A DNA stretch of 64,000 bases, from positions 76,374 to 140,373 of the forward strand of contig CAWAUK010000016.1 in assembly GCA_963784975.1 (NCBI GenBank), written 5' to 3'. The notes below the pieces were generated by a model that saw only the letters and a list, made by a program, of their open reading frames with translations, did not search any database and was not told the DNA's origin. The translations under genes and the position numbers were made by a program. Every line of letters starts with the position of its first letter. Within the stretch, counting starts at the first letter, position 1. This document shows, piece after piece, positions 47,561 to 56,557 of the stretch. The DNA comes from an uncultured Thermoleophilia bacterium. Its GTDB lineage: Bacteria > Actinomycetota > Thermoleophilia > UBA2241.

Positions 47561-48250
47561 CTAGCTCGCGGCCCGGTCCAGAAGCCTCTGGAGCCCATCG
47601 AGGATGAGGTCGAGCCCGAACTCGAAGTCGGCGACTTCATCGTAGCCGGAGGCCATGGCATAGTCGACGACCATCTCCCTGAGGTAGGGGTACTCGTCGG
47701 CGGGGATCGCGCGGAGAAAGGCCTCAGCCATTTCCTCGGGCTTGGTGCCGGGTGGGGCAGCCATGTTGAGTTGCTGGCGACCGAAGCCGTAGATGTAGCT
47801 GTCGAGGACCGAAAACGCGCGAGCCGCAAGTTCGAGTGTGAATCCCGCTCGCCGGAGTGTCCGCACCACCCAGTCGAAGTAGCGTAGCCTCGCGGGCCCG
47901 CTGCTCGCTCGGGAATCGATCAGAGCACTCGCCCAGGGGTGACGGGAGAATACCGACTGGGCCGAGATCGCCCTCCGGCGCATGGCCTCCCTCCAGCCGA
48001 CGGTATCCGAAGGAAGGTCGATCTCGCTCACCACGATATCGACCATGCCGTCGAGGATGTCGTCCTTGTTGGCCACGTGGTTGTACAGCGACATCGCTTC
48101 GACGCCGAGCCTCAGACCGAGCTCGCGCATCGTGAGTGACTCGATGCCGACCTTGTCGGCAAGCGAGATGGCGGCACGCAGCACTCGCTCCCTGCTGAGC
48201 GGTTCTCGGGACTCGGCACTCCGCGTGGCTCGTGGCACGAGCATCTCCAC
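47561..48250 (-). CDS. TetR/AcrR-family transcriptional regulator
   Basis: HTH RVLRAAISLADKVGIESLTMRELGLRLGVEAMSLYNHV. C-terminal FEFGLDLILDGLQRLL. Confidence 0.9.
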   Translation of the reverse strand: MEMLVPRATRSAESREPLSRERVLRAAISLADKVGIESLTMRELGLRLGVEAMSLYNHVANKDDILDGMVDIVVSEIDLPSDTVGWREAMRRRAISAQSVFSRHPWASALIDSRASSGPARLRYFDWVVRTLRRAGFTLELAARAFSVLDSYIYGFGRQQLNMAAPPGTKPEEMAEAFLRAIPADEYPYLREMVVDYAMASGYDEVADFEFGLDLILDGLQRLLDRAAS

Positions 48251-48257
48251 TTGACGT

Positions 48258-48292
48258 ACTTACAGCGTAAGTGTCATACTTACACAGTAAGT
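48258..48292. promoter_or_regulatory. twin TetR-type operator palindromes
   Basis: ACTTACAGCGTAAGT (48258-48272) and ACTTACACAGTAAGT (48278-48292) each have perfect 6-3-6 arms and are spaced 20 bp centre to centre. They lie between tetR and the divergent DUF4386 gene, next to TTGACG at 48251. Confidence 0.65.
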
Positions 48293-48349
48293 TTACACCA
48301 TACGTGTCGGGGCGAGAAGCGCAACGTGCCTTGACGAAAGGAGACCCCA

Positions 48350-49120
48350 GTGAATCCGTCCGTCGCTGGAAGTGTGCGGAAGCACAAGATCGCGGGCCTT
48401 GCGGCCCTTTATCTGGCTGCAGCCTATGTGGTGGCGATGCCGTACTTCCTCGTGTTCGTGAAGTACCCGAGTGTCGTCGACCCCGTTGAGAAGGTGGCCA
48501 TGCTGGTGCGCAACCACGACAGCATGCGGGTCATGTATCTGATCACGTACGTCATCTTCGGCATCGTCCTGGCCGTCCTGGCGCTGGCGCTCCACGCCCG
48601 CCTGCGGGACGGAGCCCCGGCCTTGACCCAGGCGGCGACCGTCGTGGGACTCATCTGGGCCGTCGTGCTCGTTGCCAGCGGGATGATCTTCAACGCCGGC
48701 GTGGCCGCGGTCGTCGGACTCCACGGCACCAGTCCGGTTCAGGCCGTATCGGCATGGCAAGCGATCGAGCCGGTGGCTCAAGGCCTCGGTGGATCCGGCG
48801 GTGAGCTTCTCGGCGGTCTGTGGGTGCTGCTGGTGAGCGTGGCCGCGCTGCGCACCGGGGGGCTGCCCAAGGTGCTGAACTGGCTCGGAGTGGCGATCGG
48901 CGCCGCGGGTGTCCTCTCGGTCGTGCCGGTACTCAACGACCTGGCATACGGCTTTGGGTCGCTGCAGATCCTCTGGTTCGCGTGGCTGGGCATCGTCATG
49001 CTGCGCACGACTTCACGAGCGACGGATCCGGCCAGCATCACCGCGACCACCTCGGCCTCTGCTGCCGCGAGCTCGACCCCGCCCAGCTCGAGGAACTCGC
49101 CCGCGCCACAGAACGGGTGA
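48350..49120 (+). CDS. DUF4386-like integral membrane protein (C-terminus probably replaced)
   Basis: Multi-TM. The last ~35 aa (SRATDPASITATTSASAAASSTPPSS..) are low-complexity and lie beside or overlap the recombinase-remnant zone, i.e. the native 3' end is probably lost. Confidence 0.7.
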   Translation: MNPSVAGSVRKHKIAGLAALYLAAAYVVAMPYFLVFVKYPSVVDPVEKVAMLVRNHDSMRVMYLITYVIFGIVLAVLALALHARLRDGAPALTQAATVVGLIWAVVLVASGMIFNAGVAAVVGLHGTSPVQAVSAWQAIEPVAQGLGGSGGELLGGLWVLLVSVAALRTGGLPKVLNWLGVAIGAAGVLSVVPVLNDLAYGFGSLQILWFAWLGIVMLRTTSRATDPASITATTSASAAASSTPPSSRNSPAPQNG

Positions 49121-49270
49121 CCAACCTCGCACGCTCGTACGCTCGCCCTCTCGCTCTTCTCCGGCGCCGGCGGCACCTTCTGCAGGGGCACGCATGTAGT
49201 GCCTGAGCGTGGTCGCCGGGTCGGAGTGGCCCAGCCACTCCTGGGCCTGTCCTCTCGGCTGTCGGATCGC
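49120..49270 (-). pseudogene. tyrosine-recombinase C-terminal remnant C
   Basis: QAQEWLGHSDPATTLRHYMRAP. A ~45-nt core (gtagtgcctgagcgtggtcgccgggtcggagtggcccagccactcc) is closely similar to remnant A at about 4598-4645. Confidence 0.55.
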
Positions 49271-49473
49271 GGCGCCCGCGCATACCGACGGCGCTTTCCG
49301 TCGAACGGCGCTAGGTGTTGTGAAGCCCGGAGAAGATATAAGAGACAACGGACTAAAACAGTCCGATTTCCAGCCTCGGTGACCGTGTCCTGGACGCGCT
49401 GCTCGACCAGCTCCCAGCGTCCACCCCGCGATTCCCAGCGAAACAAGCTGTCTGGACGGCGGGGGAGGCCCCC

Positions 49474-50853
49474 ATGAACAAGAGAATCTGGCGTCTCGGC
49501 TTGGCGGCCGTGGCAGTGGCCGCACTCGTCGTCATCGGGATCGTCCTGCTGGCGGGGCGCGGTACCGGCGCCCAATTGTCTCCCAGCTCATCGCTGGCAC
49601 AGACTCCGGGGCCCGCCCCGCCTGCGGCGTCGGCCAAGGCGGGCGGGTTGGACCCCAGCTTCGGCGGCGCCGGGAAGGTCGTTACGGATCTGACCCACAG
49701 CAATTGGGATGATTGGGCTTCCGCCCTCGCGATCCAGGCCGACGGCAAGATCGTCGTCGCCGGAGGGGCACGCTACCGCGTCGCCCGCTTCGGCAGCGAC
49801 GGCACCCTCGACGCGAGCTTCGGCAGCGATGGCAAGGTGAGGATCGCCTTCACCTCGGGATCCGACTACGCCAACGGGGTGGCCATGCAGGCGGACGGCA
49901 AGATCGTCGTTGTCGGCCAATCCGGGTCAAACCCTGGCAACCCAAAGGACACGAAGTTCGCCCTCGCCCGCCTCAACAGCGACGGCACCCTCGACGCGAG
50001 CTTCGGCGCCGGCGGCAAGGTGATGACCGACTTCACCCCGGGATACGACTACGCCGCCGGGGTGGCCATCCAGGCGGACGGCAGGATCGTCGTCGTCGGT
50101 ACCACCGGGTCTGGGCAGTTCGCTCTCGCCCGCTACACCAGCGACGGCACCCTCGACGCGACCTTCGGCGCCGGCGGCAAGGTGATGACCGGCTTCGGCG
50201 CAGGGGGGTCGGGAGCCAGTGGGTTGGCCATCCAAGCGGACGGCAGGATCGTCGTCGTCGGCACCGCCGGGCAAGGGTGGGACACGAAGTTCGCTCTCGC
50301 CCGTTACAACAGTGACGGCACCCTCGACGCGAGCTTCGGCGTCAAGGGCAAGGTCGAGACCGGCTTCACCTCGGGATCCGACTCCGCCCGCGGTGTGGCC
50401 ATCCAGGCGGACGGCAAGATCGTCGTCGTCGGCGGAGACGGGTCAGGCCATCTTGTCCGGAGTGACACGAAGTTCGCCCTCGCCCGCTACAACAGCGACG
50501 GCACCCTCGACGCGAGCTTCGGCGGCGGCGGCAAGGTGACGACCGACTTCACCCCATGGGGGGATGGAGCGAGTGGGGTCGCCATCCAGGCGGACGGCAG
50601 GATCGTCGTCGCCGGCACGGCCGCCGGGCAACGGTATGAGGACACGAAGTTCGCCCTCGCCCGCTACAACGGCGACGGCACCCTCGACGCGACCTTCGGC
50701 GGAGGCGGCAAGGTGATGACCGACTTCACCCCGAGAGGCGACGGGGCCCACGGCGTCGCCATTCAAGCCGACGGGAGGATCGTCGTCGCCGGCATGGCCA
50801 ACAGCGGAAGATCCAAGATGAAGGTCGCGCTCGCCCGATACCTGGGAGGGTGA
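49474..50853 (+). CDS. secreted delta-60-repeat (beta-propeller-like) protein
   Basis: Signal/anchor, then seven units of ...FALARYNSDGTLDASFGxGGKV.TDFT.G.D.A.GVAIQADGKIVV.G. Confidence 0.85.
   Translation: MNKRIWRLGLAAVAVAALVVIGIVLLAGRGTGAQLSPSSSLAQTPGPAPPAASAKAGGLDPSFGGAGKVVTDLTHSNWDDWASALAIQADGKIVVAGGARYRVARFGSDGTLDASFGSDGKVRIAFTSGSDYANGVAMQADGKIVVVGQSGSNPGNPKDTKFALARLNSDGTLDASFGAGGKVMTDFTPGYDYAAGVAIQADGRIVVVGTTGSGQFALARYTSDGTLDATFGAGGKVMTGFGAGGSGASGLAIQADGRIVVVGTAGQGWDTKFALARYNSDGTLDASFGVKGKVETGFTSGSDSARGVAIQADGKIVVVGGDGSGHLVRSDTKFALARYNSDGTLDASFGGGGKVTTDFTPWGDGASGVAIQADGRIVVAGTAAGQRYEDTKFALARYNGDGTLDATFGGGGKVMTDFTPRGDGAHGVAIQADGRIVVAGMANSGRSKMKVALARYLGG
49780..50760 (+). repeat. intragenic DNA repeats (~165-185 bp period) of the delta-60 gene
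   Basis: The string gacggcaccctcgacgcga(g/c)cttcggc recurs at about 49798, 49981, 50143, 50313, 50495 and 50673. Confidence 0.8.
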
Positions 50854-50854
50854 G

Positions 50855-51655
50855 ATGTCCACGTCAGGCTCATCCACATCCGGAGTGGCTCTGGTCATCG
50901 AGACGCTGCGGAGCTCGTCGCGCCGGCTCATGTTCGTGGCCGTCGCGGTCCTGCTCACCGGGGCGGTCGCGGGCTGTTCCTCCGGCGGCGCCGCGTCTCC
51001 CTCGACGGGCGCATCCAGTGCCCCCGCCTCCGCGGCAGCCCCACAGTGGCTGCCCGGCGCGGGCCACGCGGGCGTGAAGGTTCCGGCCGGAACCTACGCC
51101 GTCGCTATCAACGGGACGGCCATCCCGGCGCTCGTCCCCGTTATCCGCGTCCCCCCCGGCTACACCGGCCGCGGCTTCGCGGTCACAGCAGGGACGGGGG
51201 ACAAGGGCCTTGCGGTCGCGCCGGACGCCCGCGGCCTCTCCTTCTGGGAGGTCCAGAGTGTCTTCAACAATCCCTGCAAGGCCGGGAAGCACGGCGTGGA
51301 CCCGGGGCCGACCGTCGCCGACCTCGCCCGGGCGCTGGCCGCCCAGCCCCTGCGGGCCGGAAGTGCCCCGGTCCCGGTCACGGTCGCCGGCTACCACGGG
51401 CTCTACGTCGAGACCTCGGTGCCGGCCCACATCGACTTCAGCACCTGCCAGGACGGCTACTTCGACAGCTGGATCGGCACCGGCAATCATGGGCGCTTCC
51501 AGCAGGGACCCGGGCAGCGGGACAGCCTCTGGATCCTCGACGTCAACGGGTACCGGTTGCTCATCGACGGCGAGCACATGCCCGGGGCCACCCAGGCGCA
51601 GATCAACGAGATCACGGGGATGGTGAAGACCCTCACGTTCCGCACCACGAGCTGA
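50855..51655 (+). CDS. putative lipoprotein (unknown function)
   Basis: Starts 1 nt after the upstream stop (TGAGATG). Lipobox LTGAVAGCSSG. Confidence 0.62.
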   Translation: MSTSGSSTSGVALVIETLRSSSRRLMFVAVAVLLTGAVAGCSSGGAASPSTGASSAPASAAAPQWLPGAGHAGVKVPAGTYAVAINGTAIPALVPVIRVPPGYTGRGFAVTAGTGDKGLAVAPDARGLSFWEVQSVFNNPCKAGKHGVDPGPTVADLARALAAQPLRAGSAPVPVTVAGYHGLYVETSVPAHIDFSTCQDGYFDSWIGTGNHGRFQQGPGQRDSLWILDVNGYRLLIDGEHMPGATQAQINEITGMVKTLTFRTTS

Positions 51656-51827
51656 CCGCACGAACTTCTTGCGCTTCGCCTCGACCATCTTTGTGCTGTT
51701 CGGGTAGGGGCTCTTGCGTCTGCCGCCAACAGGTTAGTAGCCAGCAAGTGTGGGTCATGAACCACTATTGCGATGGGCGCGCGCCTCCCTCGAGGAGCGG
51801 CGCCTCCGCCTCCTGAGAAAGGTCACC

Positions 51828-52127
51828 ATGATCCTCTTGCTGCAGCACACGGTCCGCGACTACGACGCCTGGAAGCCGGTCTTCGACGAACACGAGGACG
51901 TACGCGCGAAGTACGGCGCCACCGGGCACACAATCTACCGTGACGCGGACAAGCCCAACGAACTCACCATCATGATGCAGTTCGAGTCGCGCGAGCGCGC
52001 CGAGGGGCTCATGCGTGACCCGTCGCTCGCCGAGGCCATGAAACGTGGCGGCGTCGTCAGCGAGCCGCACGCCACCTGGCTTGAGGAGGGCGTCACTTCC
52101 TCATATTCGAAGCGCAAGGCCGCCTGA
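51828..52127 (+). CDS. small ferredoxin-fold-like protein, paralog family member 2
   Basis: MILLLQHTVRDYDAWKPVFDEHEDVRAKYGATGHTIYRDADKPNELTIMMQFESRERAEG. Confidence 0.7.
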   Translation: MILLLQHTVRDYDAWKPVFDEHEDVRAKYGATGHTIYRDADKPNELTIMMQFESRERAEGLMRDPSLAEAMKRGGVVSEPHATWLEEGVTSSYSKRKAA

Positions 52128-52275
52128 CCCGGCCGGAGTTCCCGACCACCGCAGGGAGCGCGCCGAGGGGAGCATAGGGCAACGTCCCTCGGCGTGCTTC
52201 CTCCCACGTTCGTGCTGGCGCCGCAGACGCTCGCCGCTGGAGCGGCTCCGCGCCAGCCAGAAGAGGAGTGGGGAC

Positions 52276-52560
52276 ATGCCGATCCTCCAGATAGAACACG
52301 CAGTGCCCGACTTCGAGGGCTGGAAGAGAGCTTTCGACAGTGACCCCGTCGACCGGAAAGGGTCGGGCGTGCGACGCTACCAGGTACGGCGACCGGTCGA
52401 CGATCCCAACTACGTCCTCATCGACCTCGAGTTCGACACGCAGGGCGAGGCCGAAGCGCTGCTGGCCGCGATGCGTCAGGTGTGGAGCCGCGTCCAGGGC
52501 AAGGTCGTCCTGGATCCACAGGCGCGGATCGTCGAGACGGTGGAGACCCGAGACTACTGA
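52276..52560 (+). CDS. small ferredoxin-fold-like protein, paralog family member 3
   Basis: MPILQIEHAVPDFEGWKRAFDSDPVDRKGSGVRRYQVRRPVDDPNYVLIDLEFDTQGEAEAL. Confidence 0.75.
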   Translation: MPILQIEHAVPDFEGWKRAFDSDPVDRKGSGVRRYQVRRPVDDPNYVLIDLEFDTQGEAEALLAAMRQVWSRVQGKVVLDPQARIVETVETRDY

Positions 52561-52617
52561 CGCCGAGGGCGCGCCACCTTGAGGCGCCCTCAGCCAAACG
52601 GAAACGGCAGGCACATC

Positions 52618-53445
52618 ATGACGGCCACACTGCAAGAGCCAGATGCCCTTGTCGATGTCGGCTGGATCGCCGCTCATGGCGGCGAGCCCGGCGTTCGACT
52701 CGTGGAGGTCGATGTCAGCCCGGCCGCCTACGACCAGGGCCACATCCCGGGAGCGATCCTGTGGGACGCCTACGCCGACTTGCGCGACTCCGCCTACAGA
52801 CCCGTGCTGCCGGCGGAGCTGCAGCAGTTGTTCTCCCGCTCAGGCATCACGCCCGAGAGCACGGTCGTCTTCTACGGCTACGCCGCCCCACTCGGCTTCT
52901 GGCTCATGAAGGCTCACGGCCACGGAGATGTGCGGATGCTGGTCGGCCCGAGAGACCAGTGGGTCGAGAGCGGTGAGCGCTGGGCCACGGATGTGCCGCA
53001 GCTCGAGGCGAGCGCCTATCCTGCCCCAGGCCAAGACGCCGGCATCTTCGCATCCCGGGAAGCCGTGGAAGCTGCGATCGGCGAACCTGACTCGTTGATC
53101 GTGGATGTGCGCTCAGAGCAGGAGTACAGGGGGGAGCGCTTCTGGCCTTCGGGCGCGGCCGCGGACGCCGGGCGCCCCGGGCACGTGCGCGGCGCCGTCA
53201 GCGTCCCGATCGACTTGCTGCGCGCGGAGAACGGGGCGCCAAGGAACGTCGAGGAGCTGCGCCGTGCCTTCGAGGCCGCTGGTGTCACCAAGGACAAGGC
53301 CGTGATCACCTACTGCACGATCGGCAACCGCGCGAGCGAGGCCTGGTTCGCACTCAAGTACCAGCTGGGCTATCCCAGGGCCCGTGTCTACTACGATTCG
53401 TGGGCGGTGTGGGGCAAGCTGGCAGATACGCCCATCGACGGGTGA
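52618..53445 (+). CDS. two-domain rhodanese sulfurtransferase (thiosulfate/3-mercaptopyruvate type)
   Basis: GHIPGAI in domain 1. Active-site loop YCTIGNRAS in domain 2. Confidence 0.88.
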   Translation: MTATLQEPDALVDVGWIAAHGGEPGVRLVEVDVSPAAYDQGHIPGAILWDAYADLRDSAYRPVLPAELQQLFSRSGITPESTVVFYGYAAPLGFWLMKAHGHGDVRMLVGPRDQWVESGERWATDVPQLEASAYPAPGQDAGIFASREAVEAAIGEPDSLIVDVRSEQEYRGERFWPSGAAADAGRPGHVRGAVSVPIDLLRAENGAPRNVEELRRAFEAAGVTKDKAVITYCTIGNRASEAWFALKYQLGYPRARVYYDSWAVWGKLADTPIDG

Positions 53446-53514
53446 GGCCTGAGCCATCCGAGCCTCGACCCGGCAACACTGCCGCCGACGTCTGGCAGGC
53501 TTGGCCCTTTCTGG

Positions 53515-53787
53515 CTAGGCGTCGTCGAGCATCAGCTGCAGACGGGCCTCGCGGCAGTACACGCAGCGGCACTCGCGCAGGTGGTGCCAGCCGAGGCGCG
53601 CATCCGGCTCATCTCCGAGCAGCAAGCTGCTGCGCACATCGAAGTGGCCGTCCGCACCCTCCTCGGCGCCGTCATGACTTGAGGTGGCAAGGATCGCGTC
53701 CAGCGTGGGCGTGTAGAGCAGATGGTCCTCCCGGAACGCGAAGAGGCCCGCATCCCTTACTTGGCTGAAGGTGAGTGAGACCAGCAT
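53515..53787 (-). CDS. hypothetical 90-aa protein
   Basis: MLVSLTFSQVRDAGLFAFREDHLLY...WHHLRECRCVYCREARLQ. Only ORF logic supports it. Confidence 0.35.
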   Translation of the reverse strand: MLVSLTFSQVRDAGLFAFREDHLLYTPTLDAILATSSHDGAEEGADGHFDVRSSLLLGDEPDARLGWHHLRECRCVYCREARLQLMLDDA

Positions 53788-54001
53788 GTGGGTCTCCAAT
53801 GGGCGGGGCGCACGTAGAGGGCCTGACTTGTGCTTGCGCCGATCGGTAGGAACGGTCGTGCGGAGAGGCGGGAAGCGCCTCCTTTGGAGGGCGCCATAGA
53901 AGCCCGCGAAATCCTCCGAGAGGACGCGGGCCACGCGGAAGGCCTACCTTGAGTGTCCCCCGGGGCACCACCCACAAACGGCCGCGCGGCCGTTGTCTCC
54001 T

Positions 54002-55105
54002 TCAGGCGCGACGCGAGACGACGAGAAGTGCCAGGTCGTCGTCCATCGGACCACCGTTCGCGGCTTCGACGTGGGCGAGCAACGCATCCACGGCGGCATC
54101 GTCGATCGGCGCCAGATCGCTCAGCTGCGACACGAGACCCTCTTCTCCGAAGCGCTCGCGAGCGTCCGCCGCCACACGACCCTCGATCAGCCCGTCGGTG
54201 TAGAACACGAGCGTCCACGGGGGAGTCAGGGTGACGATGACGGGCTCCCAGCGGGCCTGTCCGCCAAAACCCATGGGGAGCGAGGGCGGCGCCGCGATCG
54301 GCGCGACCCCTCGGCCCACGAGCAGCGGCACCGGGTGGGCGATGTTGAGAAGGTGCAGCCGGTCCCACTCGCCGGCGCGGTCGATCCAGGCCAGGCAGGC
54401 GGTCGCGAAAGCCGCCTCGTTGCGGCGCTCGCGGATCATGGTCGCATCGAGGGTCGCCCTGATCGTGGCGCGGTCGGCGCCGCTTCTGACGAGCCCTTGC
54501 CAGGTCACCCGCAGGGTCGCCCCGAGCGCGGCCGCCGTAGGACCGTGCCCGCTGACGTCCCCGATCACCAGCGCCAGGCCGTTGCGCGGCAGGCTCACCG
54601 CGTCGACGAAGTCGCCGCCGAGCCGCAAGCGGCCCTCGCTCGGCTGGTAGCGCGTGATGACCTCGAGATCGGGGTTCTCGATGCGGGTCGGCGGCACGAG
54701 CTGCAGCTCGAGCGCCTCATGCAGGCGCCCCACCTCCTCCTGGGCGCGCTGGGCGGCGTGGGCCTCGGCCAGCGAAGCCGCCGCCTCGCGACGCTTCCTG
54801 GCCTGCTGGCGCAAGGCGTCGGCAAGAAACGCGGAGATCAGTGCGGCGGCGACCCAGATGACCGTCGAGATGAGCGTCGGCAGCAGCGCTCCCCGTGCGC
54901 CGAAGCTGGCGACGGTGCCGTAGTAGATGACGGCGCCGACGAGGGCCACAAGGCTGCCCGCCACTGGCCCGCCGATCGCGCCGGCGACGACTGCCGTCAG
55001 CGCCATCAGCGATCCGGGGATCCCGAGGATGTGCCTGGTCTGCTGCACGGCGCCCAGGGCGACAAGGAAGAGTGCCTCGACCGCCACGGCGGCCAGGAAC
55101 ACCAC
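54002..55105 (-). CDS. membrane-anchored SpoIIE/PP2C-family serine phosphatase (4 TM)
   Basis: GGDFVDAV, LVIGDVSGHGPTAAALG, VFYTDGLIEG, DDLALLVV. Start is uncertain (GTG 55105/55102 or ATG 55006). The tracked 563-aa ORF has an Arg/Pro-rich artefactual extension. Confidence 0.85.
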   Translation of the reverse strand: MVFLAAVAVEALFLVALGAVQQTRHILGIPGSLMALTAVVAGAIGGPVAGSLVALVGAVIYYGTVASFGARGALLPTLISTVIWVAAALISAFLADALRQQARKRREAAASLAEAHAAQRAQEEVGRLHEALELQLVPPTRIENPDLEVITRYQPSEGRLRLGGDFVDAVSLPRNGLALVIGDVSGHGPTAAALGATLRVTWQGLVRSGADRATIRATLDATMIRERRNEAAFATACLAWIDRAGEWDRLHLLNIAHPVPLLVGRGVAPIAAPPSLPMGFGGQARWEPVIVTLTPPWTLVFYTDGLIEGRVAADARERFGEEGLVSQLSDLAPIDDAAVDALLAHVEAANGGPMDDDLALLVVSRRA

Positions 55106-55689
55106 GACGCGGACGGGAGCTGGGCCCCCGAGCCGCAGCGGCGACCATCGCGCGGGTGAGGTGCGAGTCCCGGGAACGGTCCGCGCAGCGCCGACTCGTC
55201 GCCGGCTCCGGCGGGAGCTCCGCCGTGTTCCGGGTTCCTCGAAGTGAGTACCATGCCTGGGACCTTCTTGCGCTGGCGGGTCGTGAGTCCGATAGGTCTT
55301 GTCGGGCCGCCCGGGAAGCCTGGAGCGAGGGCTCCGGACCACTGCACGATACTGTGCCGGCGGAGGCGGGCGCAAGGAGCGCGCCTCGGCGGCGCAGGAC
55401 GCAGCCGCGGGAAGGCGGCTGCCGGTCGGCCTCGAGGCGTTCCGCTGAGGCTCCTCGTGGATGGAGCCCGTCCCATCTAGGTCGGGCGGGTGCGCTTCGC
55501 CGTCATCTGCCCCTCGGACCACAGGCTGGCACCGCAGTTGACCGGCCTGAATCGCGCGCTCGATGTCCACGAGTCGACGGACGACGCCCTGGGGCCGTGG
55601 CTGGACAACGAAGAGGAGATGCCGGCGGGCGTTTAGTGCTGTGGCGCCATTCCTCGGCCGTTTCGGTCCTCCTGCAAACGGCAATCGTT

Positions 55690-56127
55690 TCACGCCGACC
55701 GTGCAGTTGCACCAGGTGCCGCGACACGGCTGACCGCCGCGCCCGGCGAAGAGGCTCCGCGCGGGGGCTCTGCCAGCCCGAGCTGGAAGAGCGTGCCGAG
55801 ACGGTCCGGTATACCCCAGTGCTCGACGATGCGATCATCCTCGAAACGGAGAGCGTCGAAGACGTCGGTGCGCATCGGGCGACCCGTCGGCGGATGACCC
55901 ATGAAGGGACCGTCATTGGTGCCGGTGCCGGTCATACGGAGCCAGACGGTGTCGCCGTTGACGGCGAGGTCGTCGATGGTGAGATGGAAGTCGGAGAAGG
56001 CGCGCTTCAGCGAAGAGATGACAGCCTTGACACCCACCGCCCCGGGAGCGTGGTACGGCTGTTCGCGGCCGACATCGTGCTCCGCCTCGAGCGCGCGGCG
56101 CCGCTCGTCACGATAGTCGCAGGCGCC
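55690..56127 (-). pseudogene. SnoaL-like ester/polyketide cyclase-family gene lacking its 5' end
   Basis: ..YHAPGAVGVKAVISSLKRAFSDFHLTIDDLAVNGDTVWLRMTGTGTNDGPFMGHPPTGRPMRTDVFDALRFEDDRIVEHWG. The frame is closed by TGA at about 56128 with no start codon in the upstream 30 codons. Confidence 0.6.
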
Positions 56128-56400
56128 TCACGGTCCCACGCCGAGCTTGCGGAACTCCTCGCTGCGCTGCACGCCGACCGGCTGAGAAACCTTCGCGTGC
56201 TCGTCGACGCCCTCGCTGCCAACGGTCCACTGCGGCTCGAAGAGGACGAAGCCCTCGAGACGGTCTGGGCTCTGACGAGCCCCGAGCTGCACCAGCTCCT
56301 CGTCCGCGTTCGAGGCTGGACAAGGCAGCGCTACCGCGACTGGCTAGCCACGAGTCTCGCCGCGCTTCTCCTTCCGGAGGGTAGGCCGGGCACGCCCTGA
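56083..56400 (+). pseudogene. C-terminal fragment of a TetR-family regulator (no HTH)
   Basis: ..ELAELLAALHADRLRNLRVLVDALAANGPLRLEEDEALETVWALTSPELHQLLVRVRGWTRQRYRDWLATSLAALLL is a typical TetR C-domain end. Sequence upstream in that frame is antisense to the SnoaL remnant. Confidence 0.5.
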
Positions 56401-56557
56401 GGGCGAGGCCCGCGACTGCTGCTCTACAGGAGGGCCGGCAGGCCGCTGCTGGTGGCGTCGCCGGCCTGAGCCCATCCCTGGGACATCAGGCGATAATGGG
56501 TCACGCTGCCCACGAGCGGTGCCCGGGTGTCCTGGGCCGCCGCCGGACTCACGAGTC

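Noticed and set aside
55106-55689. About 580 bp with no called gene between the PP2C start and the SnoaL remnant
   Set aside because: All candidate ORFs there are Arg/Pro/Gly-rich without motifs. It may be a further remnant or a long leader, but nothing is supportable by eye.
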